From NCBI RefSeq assembly GCF_001677475.2, contig NZ_CP015229.1: a stretch of DNA of 64,000 bases. One strand, written 5' to 3'. Below, in pieces: positions 11,807-24,032 of this stretch (positions within the stretch are counted from its first letter, which is position 1; each line of letters begins with the position of its first letter). Both the position numbers and the translations under genes were made by a program. Source of the stretch: Escherichia coli (GTDB lineage: Bacteria; Pseudomonadota; Gammaproteobacteria; Enterobacterales; Enterobacteriaceae). The notes beneath the pieces were generated by a model that ran no database searches, was not told the DNA's origin, and worked only from the letters and a program-made list of their open reading frames with translations.

Positions 11807-12121
11807 ATGCTTACCGTAATCGCAGAAATCCGTACTCGTCCTGGTCAACATCACCGTCAGGCGGTATTGGATCAGTTTGCTAAAATCGTTCCAACCGTAC
11901 TGAAGGAAGAAGGTTGCCACGGCTATGCGCCGATGGTGGATTGCGCTGCTGGCGTGAGTTTCCAGTCTATGGCGCCGGACTCTATCGTGATGATTGAGCA
12001 GTGGGAAAGCATCGCGCATCTTGAAGCGCACTTGCAGACCCCGCACATGAAAGCGTACAGCGAGGCCGTAAAAGGCGATGTGCTGGAGATGAATATCCGC
12101 ATCCTGCAACCGGGGATTTAA
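11807..12121 (+). CDS. ygiN: Quinol monooxygenase YgiN (ABM domain)
   Basis: 104 aa. Synteny after mdaB. Confidence 0.93.
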   Translation: MLTVIAEIRTRPGQHHRQAVLDQFAKIVPTVLKEEGCHGYAPMVDCAAGVSFQSMAPDSIVMIEQWESIAHLEAHLQTPHMKAYSEAVKGDVLEMNIRILQPGI

Positions 12122-12133
12122 CATTCCTGAAAA

Positions 12134-12157
12134 GAGGCCGGTGTTGCTACCGGCCTC
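12134..12157. terminator. Hairpin between convergent ygiN and the RpiR-type regulator
   Basis: gaggccggt-gttgct-accggcctc, a 9-bp perfect stem. Confidence 0.6.
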
Positions 12158-12165
12158 AGGTCAGA

Positions 12166-13053
12166 TTAGCCATTCTTTCTTCCCGTTTTCAAACCCCGAT
12201 GGAAATCGTTAATTCGCTTAATGGTTTTAACCGCACGCTGCGGCATCGCGGAAGCCACCGACCAGACAATCATTTCCAGGCACAACAATACCGTACCATG
12301 TAGTGGCGTTTTCCCCTTTTCATCCCCGCGCGGAACATGAATCACGATACTGGCGTCTTTGCTAAAACGTGAATCCAGCGCGTTTGTCAGCAAAATAACA
12401 GGGATCCCCAGCCGCCTCGCCTCACGAAGCGTTGTCAGCCCTTCCCGGTGCGCAGATTTTTGCGCCATCATGATCAGAACATCGCCACGTTGAAGCGCGA
12501 TCAGTTGCTCGGCAAGGCCAATACCCGTACGGTTTAGTGCCGTGGCAGGCAAACCTATGCGGTTGAATAGTCGTGCGGTATAGTCCGCCAGAATACCCGA
12601 AGCGCCAATGCCAAAAATTGCGACTTGCCGTGCCTGCACCAACAACGCTACCGCTTGCGCAAGCGCGTGGCGGTTTTCAGGCTCTGACAGGACATTACAA
12701 GTATACAAATGCCCTTCAAGAACAAAGTCGATTGCGGTGTTAACATCGCTCGTCAAGTTACTCACCGTCGTAGACATCTTTTCGCTGGAACTAAGGGCTG
12801 GACCAAGCCACTGTTCCAGAGTGCGTCTCAGATCACGCAGCCCGGCAAACCCCAGAGCCTGTATAGCCCTGATAACTGTGGCATCGGAAGTGTTCAACGT
12901 GGCCGCAATTTCCATCGCCGTTTGCTCGAGTACCACTTCACGATGCTCATTAATGTAGCTTGCGACAGCTCTTAACCCAGGCGTTAACTGACTCGCGCGA
13001 GTGCGAAAACGCTCACCATAAATATCAACCCGCGTTTTGTCTTTCTGGATCAT
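12166..13053 (-). CDS. fitR: RpiR/MurR-family regulator (N-terminal HTH_6 plus C-terminal SIS sugar-phosphate-binding domain)
   Basis: 295 aa. Its ATG overlaps the stop of the upstream binding-protein gene (ATGA at 13053-13050). The gene name comes from my recollection of the fit locus. Confidence 0.8.
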   Translation of the reverse strand: MIQKDKTRVDIYGERFRTRASQLTPGLRAVASYINEHREVVLEQTAMEIAATLNTSDATVIRAIQALGFAGLRDLRRTLEQWLGPALSSSEKMSTTVSNLTSDVNTAIDFVLEGHLYTCNVLSEPENRHALAQAVALLVQARQVAIFGIGASGILADYTARLFNRIGLPATALNRTGIGLAEQLIALQRGDVLIMMAQKSAHREGLTTLREARRLGIPVILLTNALDSRFSKDASIVIHVPRGDEKGKTPLHGTVLLCLEMIVWSVASAMPQRAVKTIKRINDFHRGLKTGRKNG

Positions 13054-13997
13054 TTAGCCTCCGGTAGAGGTCGTCCCGCAATTTGTGATTGTATCTGCGC
13101 AGCCATCAGCCCCAGAGATGCAAAGGAGTTAGAAATCGCCTCTTCACGAGAAATCAGCACATAGCGCCCGGAACGACAGGCCGTCAGAAACTGACACCAT
13201 CCCGGCATGACTTTTTCCATTGCTGCCAGCTCATCCTGAGGTTTACCACCGGTGTCACCGCGCCAGGTTGCAAAAACAAAATCGGCATCCAGTTCAGGTA
13301 AACGCTCTGCGCTCACATCCATTCGCCCACCTTCAGGAATGCTCTCAATCAGCGGCGGAAAGCGAAAACCAGCATCGCGTAATACCCGCCCCAGCGAATG
13401 ATAGCTATGCATCACATTAATTTTTCCCTGATTTGCCTGAATCACCGATACCGTTATTTTTTGGCTGTCCAGCGTCGCCTTCAGCGCATTGATTTGTGCC
13501 TGATAGCGGCGTTCAAGTATCGCCAGCTGCGACTGCGTTCCTGTAAGTTCTGCCAGCTTGCGGTAGATTTCTGGCGCGCCTCCTTTGAGATGATCAATGC
13601 TCACCGTGGGCGCAATTTTTTCCAGTTGTTCAATGGGCGTATTACGGGTCGGTTCTGTGATGATCAGGTCAGGCTTTGCCGCCACAATCGCTTCAATATC
13701 AATATCAGCGGTGCCAATAAAAGCGATCGATGAATTATCAAAGTCGACACCTGTCAATAACGCGCCTGATCGAATGAAATGGCTACCGTCAGGCCGGGTT
13801 CGCCCGTGGCTGGCGACAGGAGGTACACCGAGCTCAATCAGAGGAATAGTGATATCAAGATCGTGTAAAGAGACAATTCTCTTTGGATGAGCAGGAACAG
13901 TGACTTTGCGCCCTAAATCATCAGTAAAGACCTGAACAGGTTCTGTCGCGCGGGCAAAGAATGACAACAGTATCAGCAGAGAAAAAAATAAACGCAT
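13050..13997 (-). CDS. fitE: Periplasmic iron-siderophore binding protein (FecB/FhuD-like)
   Basis: Start placed at 13997 (MRLFFSLLILLSFFARA signal peptide) with a GGGAG Shine-Dalgarno. The track ORF extends to 14060. Confidence 0.85.
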   Translation of the reverse strand: MRLFFSLLILLSFFARATEPVQVFTDDLGRKVTVPAHPKRIVSLHDLDITIPLIELGVPPVASHGRTRPDGSHFIRSGALLTGVDFDNSSIAFIGTADIDIEAIVAAKPDLIITEPTRNTPIEQLEKIAPTVSIDHLKGGAPEIYRKLAELTGTQSQLAILERRYQAQINALKATLDSQKITVSVIQANQGKINVMHSYHSLGRVLRDAGFRFPPLIESIPEGGRMDVSAERLPELDADFVFATWRGDTGGKPQDELAAMEKVMPGWCQFLTACRSGRYVLISREEAISNSFASLGLMAAQIQSQIAGRPLPEAK

Positions 13998-14007
13998 ATA
14001 ACTCCCA

Positions 14008-15057
14008 TTAAAAACTGTTCCTGCGCTGCCAGAGCAGTAGCAAAAAGAATGGTCCACCAATCAATGAAATAATGATTCCGGCAGGCAGTTGCAAAGGCAA
14101 AAAAGCCAAACGACCAATGCTATCCGCCAGGATGACTAACAACGCCCCCGATACGGCGCTCCCCAGCAGTAATGTCGTCTGCCCGCCACGTAGAATAAAA
14201 CGTGATATATGGGGTGCTATCAATCCGACAAAACCGATGTTACCAACACACGAAACGCAGACGGCTGTCAGGATTATTGGTGCGGCGACACGTAACAACG
14301 CCAGACGAGAACTATTCACCCCTAACCCGGTTGCAACCTGATGACCAAGCAGAGCGATATCCGCCGTCCTGGCGGTGAACAGCAATAAAAGAGCGGCTGG
14401 CAACATCCAACAGGCTGAAATACCGACTAACATCCAGTTAGCTGCATGCAGGCTTCCCGATAACCACATCAATGCAGTTTGTACATCTCGAACATCTGCA
14501 GTGGTCATAAATACACCGATACCGGCGGCGAAAAACCAGGAAACACCAATACCAATCAGAACAAATCGCGGGCGGGAAATATCGCGTGCACAAAAAATCA
14601 CGATTAAAGCCACCAACAAGCCACCAGCAAGACCAGCCACTGGACGCCAGAACATTCCCAGCATTGGAAACTGGAAGATCAGCCACAGCACCGCCACGCT
14701 ACATCCTTCTTTGACGCCGATTAAACCAGGATCGGCAAGGCCGTTACGCGCAATGGATTGCATCGCGGCCCCCGCCATACCTAACATGGCTCCGCATAGC
14801 AATGCCATGATGACTCTCGGCAAGCGAATATCCTGCACAATATAACGTGCGTCTGTGCTTACGTTTTCTGGAGCAAACAACGCTCGTCCTACTTCCGATG
14901 CCGGGACAGAAAAAGAACCATGCATCAGACCGAATATCAGTATTCCAACCGCAAACAGAAACAGCCCACCAAGCAACACCAGATTTTTAGGGCGTACCAG
15001 TGTCGAAAACTTACCAACACGTAGTGGACGTAGCCCGACGTTCATTATCCGACTCAT
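14008..15057 (-). CDS. fitD: Iron-siderophore ABC permease (FecCD family)
   Basis: 349 aa, polytopic membrane protein. ATGA overlap with the upstream permease gene. Confidence 0.9.
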   Translation of the reverse strand: MSRIMNVGLRPLRVGKFSTLVRPKNLVLLGGLFLFAVGILIFGLMHGSFSVPASEVGRALFAPENVSTDARYIVQDIRLPRVIMALLCGAMLGMAGAAMQSIARNGLADPGLIGVKEGCSVAVLWLIFQFPMLGMFWRPVAGLAGGLLVALIVIFCARDISRPRFVLIGIGVSWFFAAGIGVFMTTADVRDVQTALMWLSGSLHAANWMLVGISACWMLPAALLLLFTARTADIALLGHQVATGLGVNSSRLALLRVAAPIILTAVCVSCVGNIGFVGLIAPHISRFILRGGQTTLLLGSAVSGALLVILADSIGRLAFLPLQLPAGIIISLIGGPFFLLLLWQRRNSF

Positions 15058-16037
15058 TTGAACATCCTCGTCGCCATAATGACAAAAACAGGCGCACCAA
15101 CTAACGCCGTCATGACACCGGTCGCTAACTCATGGGGCGTGAAAAGCGTCCGAGCAATAATATCTGCCAGTAATAACAAAAGCGCGCCGACACAAGCTGA
15201 AAGAGGGAGCAGAACGCGCAGATCCGCTGATACCAGACGCCTGACAATCTGCGGTACTAGCAGGCCGACAAAACCAATGGGGCCAGCAATCGATACGGCT
15301 GCGCCACAGAGCAACGCGATCGCAAGCAGAGTGAATGTTCGCGTGCGGAGTACCGAGACGCCCAGCCCCTGCGCCATGCGATCACCCAGTGCCAACATGT
15401 TAAGAGAGGGCGCAAGGTAAATGGCTAACACAACCCCCCCCAGAGAAAACCAGGCGGACGTACCCAGCGTCGCCCAATCCTGCCCCGCTAAATCACCTGC
15501 TAGCCATGTCCGCATCGCCAGCAGTGTTTGTTCGTCAAGAATCAGGATTGCAGCCGTTATTGAGGACACGAACGCCGATAGCGCCACGCCGCATAAAGTA
15601 ACTTTCATTGGCGTTAACCCTGAACGCCCTGCGGAGGAAAGCAGCAATATCAACAGGAACAATAACGCGCCCCCCGTAGATGCCAGCAGTGGGCGTCCAA
15701 CCGGAAAGGCCAGTCCAAGCGCACTGGCGGCAACGACAGCAAGAGCGGCTCCGGCATTTAAGCCTAAAATATGTGGCTCCCCCAATGGGTTACGAATGAC
15801 AGCCTGCAACAAAGCACCAGCAACTCCAAGAGAAGCACCGGTAAGCAATGCTGCCGCTAAACGCGGCAAACGGAGTCTTACAATTACGTTGTGATCGAAG
15901 TTTTGCGGTTCAAAATGAAGAAATGCCTGCAACACCGTTTGTGGTGCAATAAATCGGGCACCAATCCCTGGATATACCACGCATCCCACCAGCAGTAAGG
16001 CGAGGAAAATTACAGTAACCAGCCCTGTGCGCATCAT
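15054..16037 (-). CDS. fitC: Iron-siderophore ABC permease (FecCD family)
   Basis: 327 aa, polytopic membrane protein. ATGA overlap with the ATPase gene. Confidence 0.9.
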   Translation of the reverse strand: MMRTGLVTVIFLALLLVGCVVYPGIGARFIAPQTVLQAFLHFEPQNFDHNVIVRLRLPRLAAALLTGASLGVAGALLQAVIRNPLGEPHILGLNAGAALAVVAASALGLAFPVGRPLLASTGGALLFLLILLLSSAGRSGLTPMKVTLCGVALSAFVSSITAAILILDEQTLLAMRTWLAGDLAGQDWATLGTSAWFSLGGVVLAIYLAPSLNMLALGDRMAQGLGVSVLRTRTFTLLAIALLCGAAVSIAGPIGFVGLLVPQIVRRLVSADLRVLLPLSACVGALLLLLADIIARTLFTPHELATGVMTALVGAPVFVIMATRMFK

Positions 16038-16843
16038 ACTTTTTCTACACCACGAAACGGCATGAAGAACGGCTTTCCCGTCAGAGGATTTATTGATGCG
16101 TGAACATCAACGTCAAAGACAGCTTTTACCAGCTCAGGCGTGCAATGCTCCCCCTCATTCAACACACGCACCACTTTCCCCTGGCGTAAAAATATCAACG
16201 TATCGCCATAATTGACGGCAAAATTCAGATCATGCAACACCACGACGACTGTACGCCCGTGATGACGCGTTAAGTCATGTAATAACTCAAGAATTTCAAC
16301 CTGATAACGTAAATCAAGCCAGGTTGTGGGTTCATCCAGCAGGATATAAGGCGTCTTTTGCGCCAACACCATCGCAATCCAGCAACGCTGGCGCTGCCCA
16401 CCAGAGAGTTTTTCAACCGGTAAATGTGCAAACTCCTGCGTACCGGTTAATTTCAGGGCCTCTTCTACCGCCTGCTCGTCGGCGTCGCTCCATTGACGTA
16501 TGAAATTTTGCCAGGGAAAACGCCCACGCGACACCAGTTCATAAACGGTTAAGCCCTCCGGCAATAATGGCGACTGCGGCAAGATCCCAAGTCTACGGGA
16601 TAACGCTTTCGTTGGTTGCTCGTGAATCGCTTTACCATCCAGCAATATAGAGCCGCCCATAGGCTGCAAGATACGTGCAATGGTGCTGAGCAACGTCGAC
16701 TTTCCACAGCCGTTTGCCCCAACCAGAACGGTCATTTTTTCTGTGGGAACGGAGAAAGAAACACCATCAACAATGATCTTCTTGTGATACCCGGCAGAAA
16801 CATTGTCGAGGATCAGCCCCTGCCCTTTTGCGTTATGTGCCAC
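16034..16843 (-). CDS. fitB: Iron-siderophore ABC transporter ATPase (FecE/FepC-like)
   Basis: 269 aa, Walker A GANGCGKST, signature LSGGQRQR, Walker B ILLDEPT. Confidence 0.92.
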   Translation of the reverse strand: MAHNAKGQGLILDNVSAGYHKKIIVDGVSFSVPTEKMTVLVGANGCGKSTLLSTIARILQPMGGSILLDGKAIHEQPTKALSRRLGILPQSPLLPEGLTVYELVSRGRFPWQNFIRQWSDADEQAVEEALKLTGTQEFAHLPVEKLSGGQRQRCWIAMVLAQKTPYILLDEPTTWLDLRYQVEILELLHDLTRHHGRTVVVVLHDLNFAVNYGDTLIFLRQGKVVRVLNEGEHCTPELVKAVFDVDVHASINPLTGKPFFMPFRGVEKV

Positions 16844-16981
16844 GTGTACGCCAACTTAATCAAAGACAAACAAAAATAAAACTCATTCTCTTTTGAGAGT
16901 TTGACGCCACAAAATGTAGTAGTCAAGAAGTTAAAATCCATACAAAAACAAGGTAAATAACAGGTGAAATATTTTTAAAGA

Positions 16982-17118
16982 TAAAAATAAAATCATTAAA
17001 TATTAATAAATTACCATCAATTAAATTGCATTAACCTCTCATAAAAACACATGTAGCAATTTTTTGTTATTTCTCATTTACTACTACATTACCGCATGGT
17101 TGAATGATTCTCAATTAC
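16982..17118. promoter_or_regulatory. Divergent AT-rich control region with two Fur-box-like sequences
   Basis: Hand alignment to GATAATGATAATCATTATC. 16982-17000 (taaaaataaaatcattaaa) matches 12/19 and 17100-17118 (ttgaatgattctcaattac) matches 11/19. Confidence 0.4.
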
Positions 17119-17216
17119 ATATCCGATGGTGAAATAACAAACGGATAGTGCTTAGTGAGCAACAAGAAACAATTTTCACTCACGACAATCCGTGAGTTTT
17201 TGGGATAACAGACTAA

Positions 17217-19358
17217 ATGGCTAAGTTCACACCTTCATTCTCAGGAATCAAAGGTCGGGCGCTCTTTTCACTGCTCTTTGCAGCACCGATGATTCATGCA
17301 ACCGACACTGCAACGACCAAAGATGGCGAAACAATCACTGTTACAGCGGATGCAAATACCGCAACTGAGGCGACCGATGGTTATCAACCTCTGAGCACCT
17401 CCACGGCGACATTAACCGATATGCCGATGCTGGATATCCCGCAAGTGGTCAATACGGTTAGCGATCAGGTTCTGGAAAATCAGAATGCGACGACGCTGGA
17501 TGAGGCACTTTATAACGTCAGTAACGTGGTACAGACCAATACATTAGGCGGAACTCAGGACGCCTTTGTACGTCGTGGGTTTGGTGCTAACCGGGATGGC
17601 TCCATCCTGACCAACGGTCTGCGAACCGTACTTCCTCGCAGCTTCAACGCTGCAACAGAACGTGTGGAAGTGCTAAAAGGCCCGGCCTCCACGCTGTATG
17701 GCATTCTTGATCCTGGCGGACTGATTAACGTCGTGACAAAGCGCCCGGAAAAAACATTCCATGGTTCTGTATCAGCCACGTCCTCCAGTTTTGGCGGAGG
17801 CACTGGGCAACTGGATATCACAGGTCCCATTGAAGGCACTCAGCTGGCATACCGCCTGACGGGGGAAGTGCAGGATGAAGATTACTGGCGGAATTTCGGT
17901 AAAGAGCGCAGCACATTTATTGCCCCATCACTCACCTGGTTTGGTGATAATGCAACAGTAACCATGCTCTATTCACATCGGGATTATAAAACGCCGTTCG
18001 ATCGTGGAACGATTTTCGACCTTACGACGAAACAGCCCGTAAACGTTGATCGAAAAATACGTTTCGACGAACCGTTTAATATTACAGATGGTCAGTCCGA
18101 TCTGGCGCAACTCAACGCAGAATATCATCTCAATAGCCAGTGGACAGCGCGCTTTGATTACAGCTACAGCCAGGATAAATACAGCGATAATCAGGCTCGT
18201 GTTACCGCGTATGATGCAACGACAGGAACGCTGACACGGCGTGTTGATGCAACTCAGGGATCTACCCAGCGTATGCATTCTACTCGTGCGGATCTACAAG
18301 GGAATGTTGATATTGCTGGATTCTATAATGAGATTCTGGGTGGGGTGTCATATGAATATTATGATCTTCTGCGGACAGATATGATCCGCTGTAAAAACGC
18401 TAAAGATTTCAATATCTACAACCCTGTTTATGGCAATACCAGCAAATGCACAACGGTCTCGGCGTCGGACAGCGATCAGACGATCAAACAAGAGAGCTAC
18501 TCAGCATATGCGCAAGATGCGCTCTATCTGACCGATAACTGGATTGCCGTCGCTGGGATCCGCTATCAGTATTACACGCAGTATGCGGGTAAAGGCCGTC
18601 CTTTTAATGTCAATACTGACAGCCGCGATGAACAATGGACGCCCAAACTGGGGTTGGTCTACAAACTGACGCCATCGGTATCCTTATTTGCCAATTATTC
18701 GCAAACATTTATGCCGCAATCGTCAATTGCCAGCTACATTGGCGATCTTCCACCGGAATCATCTAATGCTTACGAAGTCGGGGCAAAAGTCGAGCTGTTC
18801 GATGGTATAACCGCAGATATTGCGCTGTTTGATATCCATAAACGTAACGTGTTGTATACCGAAAGTATTGGTGATGAAACCATCGCCAAAACGGCAGGCC
18901 GCGTTCGTTCAAGAGGGGTAGAAGTCGACCTTGCGGGAGCATTAACTGAAAACATTAATATCATTGCCAGCTACGGCTATACCGATGCTAAGGTTCTGGA
19001 AGATCCTGATTATGCAGGGAAACCATTGCCGAATGTTCCTCGTCATACCGGTTCGCTATTCCTGACCTATAACATTCATAACATGCCAGGCAATAACACA
19101 CTGACGTTTGGCGGTGGTGGACATGGCGTAAGCCGTCGTTCGGCAACCAATGGGGCTGACTATTATCTGCCAGGCTATTTCGTTGCCGATGCCTTCGCCG
19201 CATACAAAATGAAATTGCAGTATCCGGTCACACTGCAATTAAACGTCAAAAACCTATTTGATAAAACGTATTACACCTCTTCCATCGCCACAAATAATCT
19301 GGGGAATCAGATTGGCGATCCGCGTGAAGTGCAATTCACGGTGAAAATGGAATTTTGA
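17217..19358 (+). CDS. fitA: TonB-dependent outer-membrane siderophore receptor
   Basis: 713 aa with a signal peptide, TonB box GETITVTA, plug plus 22-strand barrel length, and a C-terminal ...FTVKMEF. Confidence 0.92.
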   Translation: MAKFTPSFSGIKGRALFSLLFAAPMIHATDTATTKDGETITVTADANTATEATDGYQPLSTSTATLTDMPMLDIPQVVNTVSDQVLENQNATTLDEALYNVSNVVQTNTLGGTQDAFVRRGFGANRDGSILTNGLRTVLPRSFNAATERVEVLKGPASTLYGILDPGGLINVVTKRPEKTFHGSVSATSSSFGGGTGQLDITGPIEGTQLAYRLTGEVQDEDYWRNFGKERSTFIAPSLTWFGDNATVTMLYSHRDYKTPFDRGTIFDLTTKQPVNVDRKIRFDEPFNITDGQSDLAQLNAEYHLNSQWTARFDYSYSQDKYSDNQARVTAYDATTGTLTRRVDATQGSTQRMHSTRADLQGNVDIAGFYNEILGGVSYEYYDLLRTDMIRCKNAKDFNIYNPVYGNTSKCTTVSASDSDQTIKQESYSAYAQDALYLTDNWIAVAGIRYQYYTQYAGKGRPFNVNTDSRDEQWTPKLGLVYKLTPSVSLFANYSQTFMPQSSIASYIGDLPPESSNAYEVGAKVELFDGITADIALFDIHKRNVLYTESIGDETIAKTAGRVRSRGVEVDLAGALTENINIIASYGYTDAKVLEDPDYAGKPLPNVPRHTGSLFLTYNIHNMPGNNTLTFGGGGHGVSRRSATNGADYYLPGYFVADAFAAYKMKLQYPVTLQLNVKNLFDKTYYTSSIATNNLGNQIGDPREVQFTVKMEF

Positions 19359-19365
19359 TCAAAAA

Positions 19366-19393
19366 AGCCCGGTATACACTTGTATACCGGGCT
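19366..19393. terminator. Bidirectional intrinsic terminator between the receptor gene and parE
   Basis: agcccggtataca/tgtataccgggct stem, flanked by an A-run (5') and a T-rich tract (3'). Confidence 0.75.
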
Positions 19394-19421
19394 ATGTTTT
19401 ATTCTTCTGGCGGGAGGATTA

Positions 19422-21317
<1,896 letters not shown>

Positions 21318-21342
21318 TTAAGTTAGCAATTCGAGTTGATCG

Positions 21343-21924
21343 TCAGAGATGGTGCAGACCAAGAAAATCGACGATCGGGTTGAAATAATCTTCGAAGCCC
21401 GTGAATGCGTGGTTGCCGCCTTCTATGACAGTCTGGCGGCAGGAAGCGTAGTACGCCACCGCCTGGCGGTAATCCAGCACTTCATCTCCCGTCTGTTGCA
21501 GCAGCCAGATCAAATCCGGCGCTTCCAGCGGGTCAATCTGCATGACTTTGAGATCGTAAATATGGCGTGACTCTAGCACATATTGCTGCCCGGTGTAGGG
21601 GTTCTCGTTCTGACCGAGATAGTCCGTCAGCAGTTCAAACGGGCGTACCGCCGGGTTTACCACCACTGCGGGCAGCATAAAACATTGCGACAACCAGGTG
21701 GCGTAATATCCCCCCAGTGACGAACCGACAATACCCAGCGAATCGCCGCCATGTTCCAGGACAATGGATTCCAGCAGTTCTGCCGCGTCGGAAGGATACG
21801 GCGGCAACTGCGGAATGATCATCTCTACGTCAGGGTGATGTTCCGCCAACCAGTTTTTTAACAAGCTCGCTTTTGCAGAGCGCGGCGAGCTGTTGAAACC
21901 GTGTAAATAAAGAAGCGTAGACAT
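21343..21924 (-). CDS. yqiA: Esterase YqiA (alpha/beta hydrolase)
   Basis: 193 aa, GSSLGG nucleophile elbow. Synteny. Confidence 0.92.
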   Translation of the reverse strand: MSTLLYLHGFNSSPRSAKASLLKNWLAEHHPDVEMIIPQLPPYPSDAAELLESIVLEHGGDSLGIVGSSLGGYYATWLSQCFMLPAVVVNPAVRPFELLTDYLGQNENPYTGQQYVLESRHIYDLKVMQIDPLEAPDLIWLLQQTGDEVLDYRQAVAYYASCRQTVIEGGNHAFTGFEDYFNPIVDFLGLHHL

Positions 21925-22751
21925 CAGTAGCCTTCTGAAGCGGTATCAGGTTGGAAACGTGTGTCCGCCAGGCGATGCACCTCGGTGGTCAGCGTGCCAT
22001 CAGCATGTAACTCGAGAGTACGCCAGCCGGGCGCGATGGTGTCCAGCGTAAAGTTGGAACAGTGCGGCTTAAACTGCACACAGGTCGACGGTGTTGCCAG
22101 CAGGCGGCGACCGTTCCAGTCGAGATCCAGCTCCTGATGAATATGACCGCACAGCAAGTATTTGACGTGCGGAAACTTCGCCAGCACGGTATCCAGTTCG
22201 CCCGCATTACGCAGGCTGTGTTGGTCAAGCCAACTACAACCCGCAGGTAGCGGATGATGATGCAGCAGCAGCAACGTATGGCGTTCTGGCGCATCGGCCA
22301 GTTTACGTTCCAGCCACTCAAGCTGAAACTCGCTCAGCTCACCGTGCGGCACGCCAAACACCTGGCTATCCAGCAACAGGATTTGCCATTGCTCACCAAT
22401 AAACACCCGCTTCGCCGGGGAGATACCCGCATCCTGTAACGCGCTGTACATCGCGGGCTGGAAATCGTGGTTGCCCGGCAGCCAGACGCAGGGCGCACGA
22501 AAACTTGCGATGCCTTCAGCGAAATGCTGATAGGCCGCAGAGGATTGATCCTGCGCTAAATCACCTGTCGCGACAATCAGGTCGAATTCGTGCTGGTGTG
22601 GCCGAATCGCCTCCAGCACCGCCTGGTAGCTTTCCCAGGTGTTTACCCCTAACAGGGCTTCGTGCTTTTGCGCAAACAGGTGAGTGTCGGTAATTTGTAA
22701 AATCCTGACTCTGGCCTCACCAGCCAGAGGAAGGGTTAACAGGCTTTCCAA
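21924..22751 (-). CDS. cpdA: 3',5'-cyclic AMP phosphodiesterase
   Basis: 275 aa, metallophosphoesterase motifs (DTH, GDL, GNHD, GHIH). Confidence 0.95.
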   Translation of the reverse strand: MESLLTLPLAGEARVRILQITDTHLFAQKHEALLGVNTWESYQAVLEAIRPHQHEFDLIVATGDLAQDQSSAAYQHFAEGIASFRAPCVWLPGNHDFQPAMYSALQDAGISPAKRVFIGEQWQILLLDSQVFGVPHGELSEFQLEWLERKLADAPERHTLLLLHHHPLPAGCSWLDQHSLRNAGELDTVLAKFPHVKYLLCGHIHQELDLDWNGRRLLATPSTCVQFKPHCSNFTLDTIAPGWRTLELHADGTLTTEVHRLADTRFQPDTASEGY

Positions 22752-22775
22752 ATGGTGTCCTTAGGTTTCACGACG

Positions 22776-23198
22776 CTAGTAAACCGGAATCGCCATCGCT
22801 CCATGTGCTAAACAGTATCGCAACCAGTCCGCTAGAAACTGATTAATTTGATGCTTTTCGTCGCGTTGATGCAACTTTTTATTAGGATAATCATACCGCG
22901 CTTTGAAGCGAAAAATCTGCTGGCTTGAACACACTTCAGCCACCATCGCGTCATGATACAGACGCACCGTCATTGACGGAAGGCTCCAGTAACTGATAGC
23001 GGGCGCAGTCTGTTCTATTGTCACCAGGGTAGTGTATCGGGTCGATTCCACAATCGTTAGCCGATATTGTGCGTTTGCCACCTGATAGCTTACAGTTTCG
23101 CCGGGTGCGTCATTGCGCGGCAACAAACGGCGCAATTGTGAAAAGTTCATCTCGCACAGGCGCATCATTTCAGGAAAGTCAGGTGTGTAACGCTTCAT
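22776..23198 (-). CDS. yqiB: DUF1249 protein YqiB
   Basis: 140 aa. Conserved position in the nudF-yqiB-cpdA-yqiA operon. Confidence 0.9.
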
Positions 23199-23828
23199 TT
23201 ATGCCCACTCATTTTTTAACGCTTGATGATGCAGCTGCAGCCATTGCAAAGCGATGACCGACGCTGCGTTGTCGATTTTCCCCTCTTCTACCCACTGGTA
23301 TGCCTGTTCCCGGCTTACCACATGAACGCGAATATCTTCGTTTTCATCAGCCAGACCGTGAATACCGCTTGCGGTCGTGGCGTCCACTTCGCCCACCATA
23401 ATTGACGAACGCTCACTGGTGCCCCCCGGGCTTGCCAGGAAACTTAACACCGGTTTGGTCCGTTTGACTATCAGTCCCGCCTCTTCAATCGCTTCGCGAC
23501 GGGCAACATCTTCCACACTTTCACCCTCTTCAATCATCCCGGCAACCATCTCCAGTAGCCAGGGGGTTTCGCTGGTGTCGTACGCGGCAATCCGAATCTG
23601 CTCAATCAGCACAACTTCATCACGCACTGGGTCAAAGGGTAGCAAGACTGCGGCGTGACCGCGCTCAAAAATTTCCCGCCGTACCTCATGACTCATTTGC
23701 CCGTTGAATAGACGATGACGAAATCTATAAAGATCTAATGAAAAAAAGCCGCGATAAAGTGTTTCTCGTGCAATAATTTCTACATCGTTTTTGCCAAATG
23801 TAACGGGCAGGTTGTCTGGCTTAAGCAT
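23199..23828 (-). CDS. nudF: ADP-ribose pyrophosphatase (Nudix)
   Basis: 209 aa, Nudix box [22 protein letters not shown]. Confidence 0.95.
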
Positions 23829-24032
23829 TGTTAATGTCCTGGCACTAATAGTGAATTAAATGTGAATTTCAGCAACGTTTGACTGCCGTTTGAGCAGTCA
23901 TGTGTTAAATTGAGGCACATTAACGCCCTATGGCACGTAACGCCAACCTTTTGCGGTAGCGGCTTCTGCTAGAATCCGCAATAATTTTACAGTTTGATCG
24001 CGCTAAATACTGCTTCACCACAAGGAATGCAA

